DNA of 64,000 nucleotides from the NCBI RefSeq assembly GCF_001194135.2, contig NC_068988.1, forward strand, positions 12,881,947-12,945,946, in the 5' to 3' direction. The notes under the pieces are model-generated. The model saw only the letters and a program-made list of their open reading frames with translations, did no database searches and was not told the origin of the DNA. A program made the position numbers and the translations under genes. Source of the DNA: Octopus bimaculoides. Taxonomy: Eukaryota. Numbering within the stretch: position 1 is the stretch's first letter; each line of letters opens with the position of its first letter. Positions 1 through 13,250 of this stretch are shown in pieces.

Positions 1-1626
1 CTCTGCCCAATCTTTGATAAGATAATACAAGCAATTTATTAACTGGGGACCACAAAAATAATTATACATATTGAAGTGAATGAAATCTACAAATACAACC
101 AAGTTTACAAAATAAGCTATCTAAAAAGAATTCAAAATTACAAACTGTAAAAGATTATAATTTTTAAAAAATTCTTAATGTAGAAATTGATACCAGCAGA
201 AAATAGCAGACAGACAATTTACTACATAACAAAAAGCTTAGAGATAATTATCACAATCTTTAACCAAACTATTACCAAATATCTGACCCAAATGCCTGCT
301 AAAGTGCAGACACTGCTAAAGGAATCCATTGAAGCCAAACTTTTTTTTTTTTTTTTACACAGTCTAACAATCAAAATGTATGCAACACAAACTCTGCAGA
401 ATGAATTTTATTCAATTCAGACATAGGGAAAATATTATTTTGAAGATTATTTTATGTAATCACTCTAACAGTACTTTTCAACAGAAAATCATGAAATTAC
501 TATTGTCAAATATATTGAAGTTTGTGCTTTCCATAAATACTGGTGAAACCTATCTTGGGACATTATAACTTTATCATAATTTCAAATTTTATAAATAAAT
601 CTAACAATCAGCAGTGGATTTGTTAATGAGCTGTCTTGTTATTAAAGATGAAATTTATGTACTTTCTGAACAAGCTCTATGATTACAAATGCACCTAACA
701 CCTCAACTTCAATGAAATCAAGCCAATGCTGGAGCCTCTATGCAATCTTTCAACCTGCTAGCCATAGCAGTCAAGCCTAATTCTAGACCTAGTCTTTTGG
801 CTGACTAATTACACACTATTGATTTACACCCTCAAAACTAACCTGGAGCTACACAGCAAATTCAATAAAATTCAATATTTCAAGAAATCACTTTATCTAT
901 AAGTTTCTTGAATTAGAAATTAAGTCAAAATTTAGCAAAATAAGAAACAAAAATAAGTTTCTTGGGCATATTTCAAAATAAATTCCAGTCACTTATACAC
1001 ATATATTTGACAGCTTTTGAACTACCATGCTAGTCTTGATAAATCATTAACTCATAAAAAGAACAGCCAATAAGTCTTAAACAGAAACAACTGATTGAGG
1101 CAAAATGACATTTTAAACTAATAAAACCTGCTGTATTTATAACTGTTCCTTACATAGGCAGAAGGTCAGAAATGCTTTGTGAGAAAAAATATTAACATTA
1201 AGTTTAGTACCAATGTGTTATGGGTTCATTTGAGATGGGAAAGTGAAGTTCATTAGTAAAACAGCTTTAAATTTCTGAAAAATATTAGAAATGTATGGAT
1301 TTTTAAACATAATTTTACAGGATTTCCCTCACTCAAATTTGTCATCATCCTCAATCTCTAAAATGTCCATCTCAAATTCATCATCATCATCAACCTCAAT
1401 TTTCATTACATTATCTGTTTTAATTTTATCATCAGCTTAAATGTCATCACTTTAGGTAGGAGGGAGGTTTTTTTTGGTTTTTTTATATGTACCGACATTG
1501 TCACATAATTACAAAAAAAAATATAAACATTAAGAATGTTTTGTGAAGGATTAGAAGGTTTGCATTATAAAAATTGCCACAGCTTACATTACTGTAAATA
1601 TACATATATTCAATACAAATGTGCTG

Positions 1627-1900
1627 ATGCTACATAAAAAGCATCCAGTCCACATTGTAAAATGGTTGGCATTTGGGAGGGCATCCAGCTATAAAAACTT
1701 GGCCAAAACTGACCTCACCTGTGTTTGTGACACATAAAAAGCAGTTAGTCCGCTCTGCTGGGTGGTTGATGTTATGAAGGGCAACCAGCCGTAAAAACCC
1801 TGCCAAAACAGACACAGAAGTTTGGTGCAGGCTCCTGCTTGGCCAGCTCCTGTCAAACTGTCCAACCCATGCCAGCATGGAAAGGCGGACGTTAAATGAT
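1627..1900 (+). mobile_element. SINE-like repeat with RTE-type tail (two tandem pieces)
   Basis: TGGTTGGCATT.GGAAGGGCATCCAGC...CCATGCCAGCATGGAAA..GGACGTTAAATGAT. The same family recurs at ~21400, 22231, 28650, 41150, 45430, 45990 and 63690. Confidence 0.8.
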
Positions 1901-3969
1901 ATGTAATATACATACTATATACATATATACAACACAAAATATCAAATGAATTAACCTTACATTCATTCTTCCCATTTCTGAACTATTAAATCAACCACAA
2001 CTTTGGTCTCAGCTTGTAGTCGATATATTTATGTATATAAATTACACTGAATGGCACAGGGCTGACCTTGATTACCAAAGATGATTGTGCTGGATTTATG
2101 AGAGTTAAATGGGAATAACGCATAAACAGTTATTTATTTTTCTCTGATGTATTGTGTATATGTATATACTACATAGTTTTATATACATCTAATGTACTAA
2201 CTGTATTGTATATTTTTGATAATATAAGGTGTGGTAATTTTTATTACACAAACCTTGTAATCCATCACAAAACTTTTTCATGTTTACATTACAATTATGT
2301 GATAAGAAATCACTGATATCAATGTTTGTACATGAAAATAAATGGTCCATCCTTCAGAGAAAACATTTAAGATGATGACAACAACATTAAAGTTGATGAT
2401 GACAATGTAATCAAGACTAATAATGAAATGATGCTAATGATGACATGTTGACGGTAACAAGACTATGGTCAATAAAAGAAAATTTGCAGGGAAAACCCTG
2501 TAATAGTGAATTTCAATGTCATAAAATTGCATCACAATGAGAGAATACATATAAAATGTATGAACAAAATTCTTATGAAAAAAAATCTTGGTGGAATAAA
2601 ATTAACCAAATATTAAATAAAATTCAAATCAATACTAATTAAGTAACCTAAGAATAATAATGTAACAGATTTGATAGCAAGTAAATTATAAAATGATTAA
2701 AATGTGTGTGTGCATATATATATATATATAATATACATGCACACAGAATATAGGCAACAATATTCATGATATAAAAATTCATTTTTTAAATAATTTTTCA
2801 TAGAGAATATAGGATATAATAATCTGCAATGATAATTGTACATTCAAAGTAATTTATATTAAAAATTTGACAAGACATTACTATTTGGAAAAAAAAAAAA
2901 GACTTTGTAATTTATATGTGAAAAATAAACTAAGAAAATCATATGAAAATTTTGTTTTAAGAAAAGAACTATTCAAATGAAAGAAATGATAGTCTCAGCC
3001 AGAAACAATTCATAAAAATCTACAGGACAATTTGATCTCCACTTCCAATTCCACCAATTTTATATTCAGTAATAGACATAGATGCAAATTATGTCTGAAA
3101 ATGGTGGGTACACAACAATGCAAAGATTTGAAAAACAAAATTTGTTATAACGATGAGAAAGAATAAACCCAAAGAAATGTAAAAATTAAATTATACATTA
3201 ATATTTGCAATTTTAAAATGATTCCTGTTCAAAAAGTAATTAATATGTATAAACACAAGTGAATTAATAGAAGAGAACTCACTTCCTTAACACAATCCCA
3301 ATTCTTATTCCAATTATATGGACAATGTCATTTACTATTGTAACTAATTTAAATGGAGATAAAATATCTTACGAGTTCTTAAATTTATGCATGGATCTCA
3401 AATTTATAAACTCATTTCTTGAATTCGAATGTTGAATTTTATTCCAGCAATAACTATAGAAAAATATAAACCTCAACAACAAAAACTTGTCAAGAATTAA
3501 AATCATTTTCTATACCATATGAAAAATGACAACTCATTATAGAAGTAACTTATTTCAAAATACTAATTCTATGATTTTGTCTCAAAGATTTAGTTTTCAA
3601 ACTATGAATTACTGAGCCAAACCTTTATGCCATGATTATGCAAAGCCAAAAAACTGTATAAGCAGTTAGCTTAATCACAAATTTAATGTTAATTAATAAT
3701 GTAGCCAGCCTTTAATATATTCAAAGGCAATATCACCTTTAACTTACTAATATCATTATTTGCCAAATTCAGTTAATATATGCAACTTTAGTCTAGATCA
3801 AACATAAGTTTGGTTAAAATCGCCTTCTTTATCCATGATAAATAAGCTTTAAAAATTCACCAAAACAGATTGGTTAGTCTGAATAACAAATATTAAAAAA
3901 ATTATAGTATCAACTAGCATAACATGAACAATTATTCAGCAATTTGTGATAGAACATTATGGTACAGGA

Positions 3970-4240
3970 TTTGCTGTGTGCTTTATACGTTGAGTTTGTA
4001 AATATAATAGCTTTTAGGTTCAATCCCACAGTACAGCACCCACAATAGTATCTTTGAATGGAATTTGGTAGTCATGGTCCATCATGTGTGTATATGTGTG
4101 TGTGTTCTGGTGGTGGTGTTTATGTCATGTCCCTAAACTGAAATAAATACTGGAATCAATATGACTGACTAAACCCTTGAAGGCAGTGCCCCAGCATGGC
4201 CACAGTTCGATGACTAAAACCAGTTAAAGAATAAAAGAAG
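3970..4240 (+). mobile_element. tRNA-derived SINE-like repeat
   Basis: B-box-like GGTTCAATCCC head and CCCCAGCATGGCCACAG...TAAAAGAATAAAAG tail, shared with 13262-13430, 60000-60430 and 62995-63335. Confidence 0.6.
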
Positions 4241-4534
4241 AGTTAGATAATTATGTTGATTTAACATGTGAAGCAACCAGAAGTAAATCAAAACAGCTGC
4301 TGTATATTTTCAACAGGAGATATACAATGAAATAAGATTTAAGAAAATCTTAACAGTCACAAGAATCTAAAAAAAAAAATTCTTTTTAATTAAAAAAAAA
4401 AGTAGAAACAAAATTTAACAAAAATAATATAAACAGCAGCTTTGCAATACTAAAATTTCTCACTTGTTTTTGGTAATCAGTGGCTATTGTACTCCAGGGG
4501 GGGCCAGTCATTAGAATAAAGAGATCACACTTAC

Positions 4535-4829
4535 CTGCCTGTACTAATTTCTACATAATAATAATCCATGTATTAATCCAATGTATATAAAGTGAATACA
4601 ATAAACAATCCTATAGGTGACCAATTCTGACCTGCCACACACAAGTAATAGTAATATGAAATAGCGCACCTCTTTCCAGTTTTTCCTTAGTTCTTTCAAT
4701 ATAAGTGGTCTTGTTCTGATATCGGGGACTATGACGACTTCTGGGGCTGTCATCTCTTGTCCTGTCGTCATCGGGGGAGCTTCGCAGCTTTTCACAGCGA
4801 CTGGTGATTGTATATGGGTACTGCATGCC
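4535..4829 (-). CDS. Internal exon (295 nt) of an unidentified minus-strand gene; two long open frames, one Arg/Ser/Asp-rich
   Basis: Acceptor TTTTTTCTTTTTAAATTTTAG|GGCATG at 4829 and consensus donor CAG|GTAAGT at 4535. Frame A reads GMQYPYTITSRCEKLRSSPDDDRTRDDSPRSRHSPRYQNKTTYIERTKEKLERG (stop 4611-4613). Frame B reads ACSTHIQSPVAVKSCEAPP...LLLCRN* (stop 4544-4546). Possible internal donors are CAG|GTCAGA (4632) and GAG|GTGCGC (4670). Confidence 0.7.
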
Positions 4830-7177
4830 CTAAAATTTAAAAAGAAAAAAATAGCAAAAATCCAGAAATGGGATTATATTAAAGGAAAGAAGATATATAA
4901 TCATATATTTAATTCTACATGTCATGTACTTAATTACCAAAACTGAAATAAGACTGATCAATTTTACAACAGAATCTAATTATTCAGTTTTTTTTAAAAA
5001 TATTGTATATGAGAAGGTAAGTAGAAAATTTTGTTCCTTTCTAATTAAAAAAAAAAAAAACTGAACCTGTCAAATATACTACAAATACTGATGGTTTCCA
5101 CATCACCCCAGTGGCAATCTCATATTCTTAACATAATAAAATAAATTATGATAAAAGTTAGAAAATATTTCAACTGATCTATTGATTCTCCACAAAGTTC
5201 AAAGTGCACAATGGAAGCTTTCTCCAACATTTGCAGCAGTATACATGCACATAACAAACTGAATAAAAATTTTTTTTAATAAAATAAAGCCAACAGACTG
5301 ATTTGCAAAGATTCATTCACCAACACATTACAAACACCCCCAGGTCAACAAGCAGACTCCTTGGACCCCCTGGCTACATAACACTGAAGCTAAGTATCTT
5401 GTCCCATATGTTTAGATCAACTGAAGTCTACCAAGTGAAATATGGTGGACAGAAAGTGCATGAAAATCAATTAGGTGGATATGTGTTTGTTCTAAATGAC
5501 AATCAGGGCTTCACAAAAATACCTTCAAATATTTATCATATTTGGGTTACACTCAGGCTGACTTTGCTGGTTCCAGCTTACAAGGTTGATAAATTTGTAA
5601 CATGCACAATCAACTAAAACTCTGAACACAAGTAATCCAATGAAACCAGTAAATAAAAGATCTATTTTCCAAAAGATTTATTCTGCCAAGACTAGGATTT
5701 AAATTTCAGATATACTCACAAATGAAGTCGAACATTTATTAGAAAATTTTAATTTTTCCCACACTAAAAAGTAAATATTTTTAAGCTTTGGTATATTTTT
5801 TCTTTTCTCTTTCTTTTTATCTCTATGCTTAATACAGTTTTTTTTTTTTTGTTTTAAATTTTTTTAATTATTTAACTATTAGTACTCCACAAATTTCATG
5901 CCCTTTTTTCTTACAGCCACACATTTTGCACCTGCCAATATCAAAGACTGAATTTAGTATGGATCTTTTTTGAATTCAAATTCTTCACAATTTCTTTGAC
6001 ATTGTCCTTCAAACAATATTGATTAGTTATAAATAGATCACCCACTGTACCAAAATAAAGCTTAATAGGTATCTGTACATGATAAACAAATCTTTAAAAA
6101 CTGCTGTGATGGTTGTATATGAAAAATTGTAAATTTAGATTTCTTACAGAAATTTTTTTTTATTTTAAAAATACGAACATAGATTATAAAAAAGTGGCAT
6201 TTTAATTATTTATTAATGATTTATTGAAATAGCTGAAGTAAAAAGATGAAAATAATCAAATTAAATTAATGTACATTAAATAAAATTTGTGTCAAAACAA
6301 AAAATAATTTGAATAGTAAAGAATTGCCATTTAGATGTGATTTGAGATTGAATACAAATAACATTGTATGTTGTGGCTTATACAGAGTGTTATTTTAATA
6401 AACTAAGCTCCATAAACTTTAAGAGTCACAAATAAAAAATAATTCATTATGGCAATTTAAAATTTTGCTGTATTTGAGTCTAATAACAGTATATATAACT
6501 CTTTAAACTGCCAATACAAAACATTTTTATACACTGTATCCACCAAGTACTGTAAAAACTGACTATGAAAATCTTTCTTGTTATGTAGATTTTTTTGGAA
6601 GTCGCTTTTAGCAATAAGTATACAAATTTTGTACAAAATAAGAAGTATAACAAGTAAGAAATTATAAAATATTAGATTTCAATAATTATTTACACTAAGG
6701 GAAAAAATTACAACTTTCCAGTGCTATCAGACAAGTAGCACAATTTGTCTTGTTAACTATTTATTCCTGCCTTAAAGTGGTTCTTTGAAATCATAAATTC
6801 TTGTAATTTTTTTCTTTGACATTTTCTCTATCATTTTTTAAAAATATGACCTATGTATTTCCATTACTAAATAAAGATACCATGGGTTGTTCAGACAAGT
6901 CTAACTTTTCAGTTGCTTTTGAATTAGTTATAATCTATATAAAATACTCCCAGAGTAAGTTTTCTTTCTATATTTCCTATAACTTCCTCTATGTTTCAAA
7001 ACTACATTTCCTTAATATAAAATTCTCCTTCATATTATTTTCATTACATTTGTTATTCAAAAGTATTTTTAGCAAAGCTGATCCATGATAGAACTATCTT
7101 GCATAAGATACAATTTGAGTGTAAAGTTGTTTCTATTGACATAATTTAACTTTTTAGTCAAAAACAAACAAATTTAC

Positions 7178-7218
7178 TTTGCATTTATTAATGTCTGACA
7201 GGATTCACACTTTGCAGT
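7178..7218 (-). CDS. 41-nt internal exon (TAKCESCQTLINA-K) of the minus-strand gene
   Basis: Very strong polypyrimidine tract TTTTTTTTCTTTTTTTTTTTCTTTTATAATCCTCAG|ACT and donor AAA|GTAAAT. Open in frame 0; ends in phase 2. Confidence 0.55.
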
Positions 7219-8279
7219 CTGAGGATTATAAAAGAAAAAAAAAAAGAAAAAAAACAGATGTAGACAAATGGCTTGTGAAAGCTGTATTAAATGCTACTGT
7301 TAACAAGTTCAGGATTAGCAATAAGCCTAATGAGAACTTGGTGTACAAGTAAATGTTGACCATACTATCATAAACCCCCTTATATTCATTATAGACACTG
7401 AAGCTATTAGAGTTCCAGCCTAACTGTCCTTGCAAGCATTTATCAAGTTCTCAGAGGAATCCGTCTCAAAGAATTGCAGAAAAAGTTCTAAAATTAGAAG
7501 CATGGCATCGAGCTTAAAAGTCAACATGATGAATGCTTAAATATTAAACACTAACATTAAATAGTGTACATAAAATCCGGCTGTCAAATGGGAAGTCGAT
7601 TGATATGTAGAAAGGAAGTTGGTAGGAACTTGATATTGCATATTTAGTGCAGGCAATGGGTACAAAAGGGGTGCCACGGGATTTCTGGCACATTAACAAA
7701 GATCCAAGACTTTACATGTGATACAAACAGTAGTAAGAATAAGAAGCATCCAACAGTTGAATTTCATAAATTGCTGACAGATAGACAACTAAGATATAGT
7801 TGAAAACTTGTTGCCACAATAATCTAGTGGTAGTTGCAGCAAAATTTGGAGCTTTAGTGCATCTGTTGGCAAAAAATGGTTTCTCTCCTCATGTAGACTG
7901 TAAAAAGTATGCACAAGTGTGATACAGCAGAGTAAGATATGGTTACTACAATGAAACACATGCACTGAAAGAAATGATCTGTTGGATGTGAACAGTTAAC
8001 CAGCATAGAAAACGGAACGAAAGTGTAAAAGAGAGAGGGGAAAATATGTGCTATCAATGGAAAGAACCAATGGAAAAGGCAAGATGTAAGAATACGGTCA
8101 GACCTCACAGAAATTATGAAAACCCAAAATGCTTGTTAATTATGCCTTACATCAAACCCATACAACTATGAAGGGGGGAAATGTTAAAACAATTACTACA
8201 CAAATTATATGCAAGAAATATTCCTTCTTTGAACATTAAATGAAAAAAATCCTTCCACATTATTATTTTACTGTGTCGT

Positions 8280-9322
8280 GAGGATCAAAGACTTGAAGTA
8301 TTTCGTGTTGCAAGACAGTGTGTGAGAGAGAATCGTGATGTCGTAGGAGAGAAATGTGTTCGCATGGATGATGGTATGCTTGCACTAAACGAGGCTGCAA
8401 AGAAAGAGGTTTGGAGACACCACTACGGAAGATTGCTCAATAAAGAGAATGAATGGGAGAAAGAGAGTCTGCCGAATGTCGACCCAACAGAGGAACCAGC
8501 TATCCGAGTTGACAGTACCATAGTAGATAAAACAATTAAGAGTATTAAGACAGGGAAAGTCCCCGGCCCATCAGGAATCACTGCAGAGATGCTCAAAATA
8601 TCTGTCAGTGTCGGCTATAGCCTAGTCACCCGTATTGCTAACTAGGTGATACACGAAGGAGTCATACCCAATGACTGGTATAGCAGCACCTTAGTCAACT
8701 GCTACAAAGGTAAAGGTGACGCTTTAGATACAAATAATTACAGAGGTATCAAGCTGTTAGATCAGGTAATGAAAGTCACAGAGAGGGTCATAGCTCAACT
8801 AATTAGGGAGCGAGTCAGTTTAGATGAGATGCAGTTTGGATTCATGCCAGGGAAAAGCACCACTGATGCTATATTTCTGGTAAGACTGCTGCAGGAGAAA
8901 TACCTAGCCAAGGATAAACCTCTGTACCTGGCTTTCGTTGACATGGAGAAGACCTTTGACAGAGTCCCCCCGATCCCTTATCTGGTGGTCAATGAGGAAA
9001 CTCGGGATAGAAGAATGGTTAGTGAGAGCTATGCGAGCCATGTACAGAAACGCTGTCAGTAAGGTGAGGGTTGGCAACTAGTACAGTGAAGAATTCCGAG
9101 TAGAGGTAGGGGTCCACCAAGGTTCTGTCCTCAGCCCCCTCCTACTTATCATAGTCCTCCAGGCGATAACAGGAATTCAAGACAGGATGCCCCTCGGAGC
9201 TCCTCTATGCTGATGACCTTGCACTAATTGTTGAGTCACTATCAGAACTAGAGAAGTTTCAGGTGTGGAAGAAGGGACTAGAATCAAAGGGCCTTAGAGT
9301 CAACCTAGCTAAAATCAAAGTA
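8280..9322 (+). mobile_element. RTE-clade LINE reverse-transcriptase fragment (truncated, one stop, frameshift)
   Basis: ORFs 8322-8645 and 8646-9062 contain GKVPGPSGITAEMLK, YKGKGDALDTNNYRGIKLL, QFGFMPGKSTTDAIF and AFVDMEKTFDRVP. They continue through GVHQGSVLSPLL to YADD (9206-9217). Confidence 0.95.
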
Positions 9323-9606
9323 CAAAATGCCTAACTGTGATTCAGTGATAAGTTACTTGAGCAACAACAAATCAGTACATGAAAATAAACAGGAATAAAA
9401 TGTATGTAATACTTTGGGAATTTAACGTGATTAAATATAGGTTTGTACAGCAATTTTTACCCCTGACATAAGGAAAATCAAAACACTACACTGAGAAACA
9501 AAAAATATGGAATAATATTTTACTGTACACTTAGTAAAAATACATGAACATAAAAAACAACCATTAAAATTAAAAGAATAAAGAATAAAAACAATACAAA
9601 TATTAC

Positions 9607-9670
9607 CTGTACATTATAAGGAACGCTTTTAACCTTCAAATTCTGAAAATTGTCTCTTGTTATCAATATC
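9607..9670 (-). CDS. 64-nt internal exon (R-ILITRDNFQNLKVKSVPYNVQ) with an alternative 3' splice site giving a 36-nt form (9607-9642)
   Basis: Donor CAG|GTAATA at 9607. Acceptors TTTTTATTTAAG|GAT (9670) and ATTTTCAG|AAT (9642). The long form starts in phase 2 and ends in phase 0. Confidence 0.5.
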
Positions 9671-9789
9671 CTTAAATAAAAATATCTTTAAAAAAAAAAA
9701 ACAACCAAAATTCACTGATGTTATCTATATCACTAATACTATCAAGGTTATCAATGTTGCCCACCATCCAAAGCCACAATTTTAAAGAA

Positions 9790-10800
9790 ATTTTGCAACT
9801 ATTTTGGTTTTTACAGCATTCCATGATTTTAGGACCTACTCACAGACCTGAGTGATTAACTGTTGGCCTTTTTGGGCCATCTGTTGGTATCAGTCACGAT
9901 TTATGGTGCTCATCTAGTGATTCCACTCTTCTTAAATGTCTTAAAAAGCTAGATAATGGCCACATCAGTCATAACTGATTTGTTACTGTACCATGGACCT
10001 TTGCCATTTTCATCTCGACTCTGTGCACCCTTTCTTTGATACTCATGCTTTATTAAAAACAAAACTGAGGCAGCATGAGTAAGGATACTTTTTAAGGAGG
10101 ACACTAGAAAACGCAGGTCAGATTTTATCCAGAGCTTAATCCCCTTTTTATCCATTCGCTCCTTTAGATGGATGTAAACAAATTCCACATGGAATTTTGT
10201 CCTTTGGTAAAGTTATTCTCTTAAATATCAGCAGTGGTAGCAATTTTGTTCCATCAGCACATCATGACAGCACCACAGTATATAATGGGGTTTCTCCAAA
10301 TCCAGATGTCTTAGCAGTTAGTTTTGGTCCCTTCAAGATCCATGTCCAATTTGAAATAAAATCAAACATTAATGGCACATCAGCCATGATTCGATCTTAC
10401 CCAGTTCATAGTCTTCTTTCTTGCACTGTGAAATTAAATTACTACTTTGTTCTTACAACACTATGGTATTTGTTGTACTATTCTCAAAAATAACCATGTC
10501 TTTTCATAAAACTGTAGCATCAACTTGGCATGTCATGAAAATCATTCAGACCTCATGCTACTGTTTTCAGTTTAGATTAATAGTTTTTGTTGATGTTGAA
10601 TTTTCTCCCAACACTATCCAATCCATTTTTGCCTCCAATTCTTGCAGTTTAGCTACAGGCTTATGCAAGTTATGTATACTTCTTCATACTGGCTTCAACA
10701 GATTCTTTTACTTCCTCCAGTAGCATATCATTTTCTCAGTTGGAGGTGGTCCAAAATACCTCTTCAGCTCAGTCGCCATGCTGTTTGGCATATTTAAATT
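9790..10800 (-). mobile_element. Degraded pogo/Tigger-like (DDE_1) DNA transposase pseudogene
   Basis: Minus-strand frames give MADVPLMFDF...TVVLS*CADGTKLLPLLIFKRITLPKDKIP and MDKKGIKLWIKS, which match pogo-family DDE_1 motifs. Many stops and frameshifts. Confidence 0.8.
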
Positions 10801-10995
10801 TTTTGCAGCTTATAGCCAATGGTGTATGAGTGCCTTTTAATTCCAGATGCTATAATATAAGTGTTAGAAATTTCAAGTCAAAAGTTTTTTGAAGCTGTAG
10901 AACAAACCTAACTAGAACATATTTGAATTTAAACTGATCAAAGGCAATACTTTTTAGACATTGAAGAGAAAGCCCATATTGATAAATTTTTTAAA

Positions 10996-11048
10996 GTATT
11001 ATCTACATGTTATTAATCTTAGTATTATCTACATGTTATTAATCTTAG
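10996..11048. repeat. Exact 26-bp tandem duplication
   Basis: GTATTATCTACATGTTATTAATCTTA, twice. Confidence 0.9.
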
Positions 11049-12249
11049 TGCAGCATGCACAGCTAACAACTGAACATTTTTAGATTGAGAAACATTTTCA
11101 AGTAGTTTTTAACATACATTAATCTACAACTGCAGTTGTCTGCTAAATTCAAGATTCTCATAGCTTGAGTGAGCCTGCCCTGAGACTGGCTGTTATGTTA
11201 TGACAAGTCAGCAACACCACATGTACAATGAAATAGTGCAATAGTATCGTTACATATACAGAGATACAAGAAATAAATCTTAAACTTTTCCAGAAAGATG
11301 CAAAGCATTTTTAAACAACTAAAAACAGCAACACTGTATAACAGTATTCCACAAGTGCACTCCATGTATCCTTTCAAGTTGAAACTTTTTCAAATACAAA
11401 TCACAAGTTTTTGTTTTATGATCTAAGCTGTTTCTTTAATATGAAGTTCTATATTTAAAACTTCTTCAAACCATTTGCCAAGCACTGCTGACTGAATACA
11501 TTTCATCACAGAATAACAAAATACTAACAGATGAGTGTCTGGTTATTATGGTTTTAATAAGATTTACTAAATAACACAGTACAATTTTACATTTTTTTTT
11601 TTTTGTCACCTGATATTACCCCACTTAAAGTCAGGGTTCATAGATGTAAACAAAATTGATTAATTTTTAGTATAATTTACACACTTCATTCAGAGGTCAT
11701 ATACAAGAGTTCAAATTACTAACACAAATCTTCCTCTAGGGTTAAAATAGATTATGAAAAATATAACCATCTTCTAGAAATTCACGGTATATCTTGAAGA
11801 CTTATTTCAGGGGTAAAGAATAGCATCCTCACTGCCAGAAAATATGGTACATAAAACTAGGAAGGTAACAAAAACCTAATCTGCCAAATGTAAAAGAAAG
11901 GTCTTTGGTTCAATGGCATCATCAGAAATGTATAAATGATACATGGTTAGTTCTGGGTTTTAATCTAATTAGAATTAATTTAGCCTTTTTAATACACCAG
12001 AATCATTAAATATCAGTAACACATTCTTTTTTTAACTACTACTATGCATTTAGTTAATTGGGCTTATGTGATTGCTTCATTTCATTTGAATTGCATAGTC
12101 AAGTGGTGTTCTTAGCCCTCAAGGAGTTTAGCTGAGGTTCTCCTCCATCTTACTTCTTGTACACAGTATACATCTACTTGCCCTCTTCTAGCATCTCTAG
12201 AATCTACAATCTCAAGAAAGAAGCAACTGTAGAAATATCAAACTGATAG

Positions 12250-13250
12250 ATCAAGTTATAAAAGTAACAAGTGTTTTAGAATAAATGTTCTGGCATCTCT
12301 AGAAATGATAATGAGATGCAGGTTGGAGCACTACTGATATAGATGAGAAGTTCTTAAGAATAAGCTATTCTTCTTAGCATATACAGAGTTCAAGAAGACC
12401 TTTGACATAATAGCATACTCTATAATCTGGTGGACATTAAGACAACTTGATATAAATGAAAAGTGTGCAAGTCATATACAAAAATGCTTTCAACATCAAG
12501 AGAGTTGCCAATGAGTTGAGAATTTAGTGGGAGGTTAGATGTCCACCAAGGATTAGTTCTCACTAGGCTCATGTTTACTAAAGTTCTCCAGGCCATAAAA
12601 GAGGAGTTGATGATCCAGTACTTATAACTGAATCTGTGAAATATTCAGATGAAATCCAAGATATGGAAACAAAACCTCCAATTGAGAGAAGTCGAGTAAA
12701 CTTTGCAAGGATTAAAATCTTAGTAAATAAGAATAAAGACAGGCACTCCAATCATTAGAGAAATGGTTGTAATCAATATGGAGAAAAAGAACAGATAGAA
12801 ACTGCATACATATTACTAAGGGTGTACATTCAGGTCTGCCAGGCTGCCAGAGAAAAGAGTCTCTGCATGTGACATGTATAAGAGTTACTAGCAGTTAGAG
12901 TACCAACAAAATAAATACTTTCCACGCCTCAAAATGGCTCCAGAGAAGTAACTGAGTTTCTGTGACCTAAACAGCCATGGAGAAATGTGCTGACAGACAG
13001 TAGTAGCCAAAATAAGAAGAGGGTGCGAGGTAAATTCAGAGAGCTATTAGCAAAGGGATTGTTTCTTCAAGCAAAGAACATTAAATAATACCTGTATATA
13101 AAGTGCAATGTTGCAATTTTGTGACACCAGTCGTGAGTGTAGATGAGCAAAGGCTGGAAAGAAAGGAAGTATGCTCTACTGGCTATGTAATGAGAGTGGA
13201 TATGGTAGATAGAAACTGTGCGGAAACCTGCAGTATGTGTGTGCATGTTT
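12250..13250 (+). mobile_element. Highly degraded RTE LINE remnant
   Basis: Residual KKTFD, VHQG and 3' 'SAML...RLERKE.SML.W.CN' type motifs similar to the 8280-9322 family. Confidence 0.6.

Noticed and set aside
1330-1450. Acidic stretch KIEVDDDDEFEMDILEIEDDDKFE on the minus strand
   Set aside because: Short, bounded by stops, no splice signals; probably TE tail or decayed (GAT)n.
3280-3455. Possible downstream exons left of 4535 (donors GAA|GTGAGT ~3278 and CTC|GTAAGA ~3371)
   Set aside because: AT-rich, weak or ambiguous signals and no recognisable peptide; the next true exon may lie outside the window.
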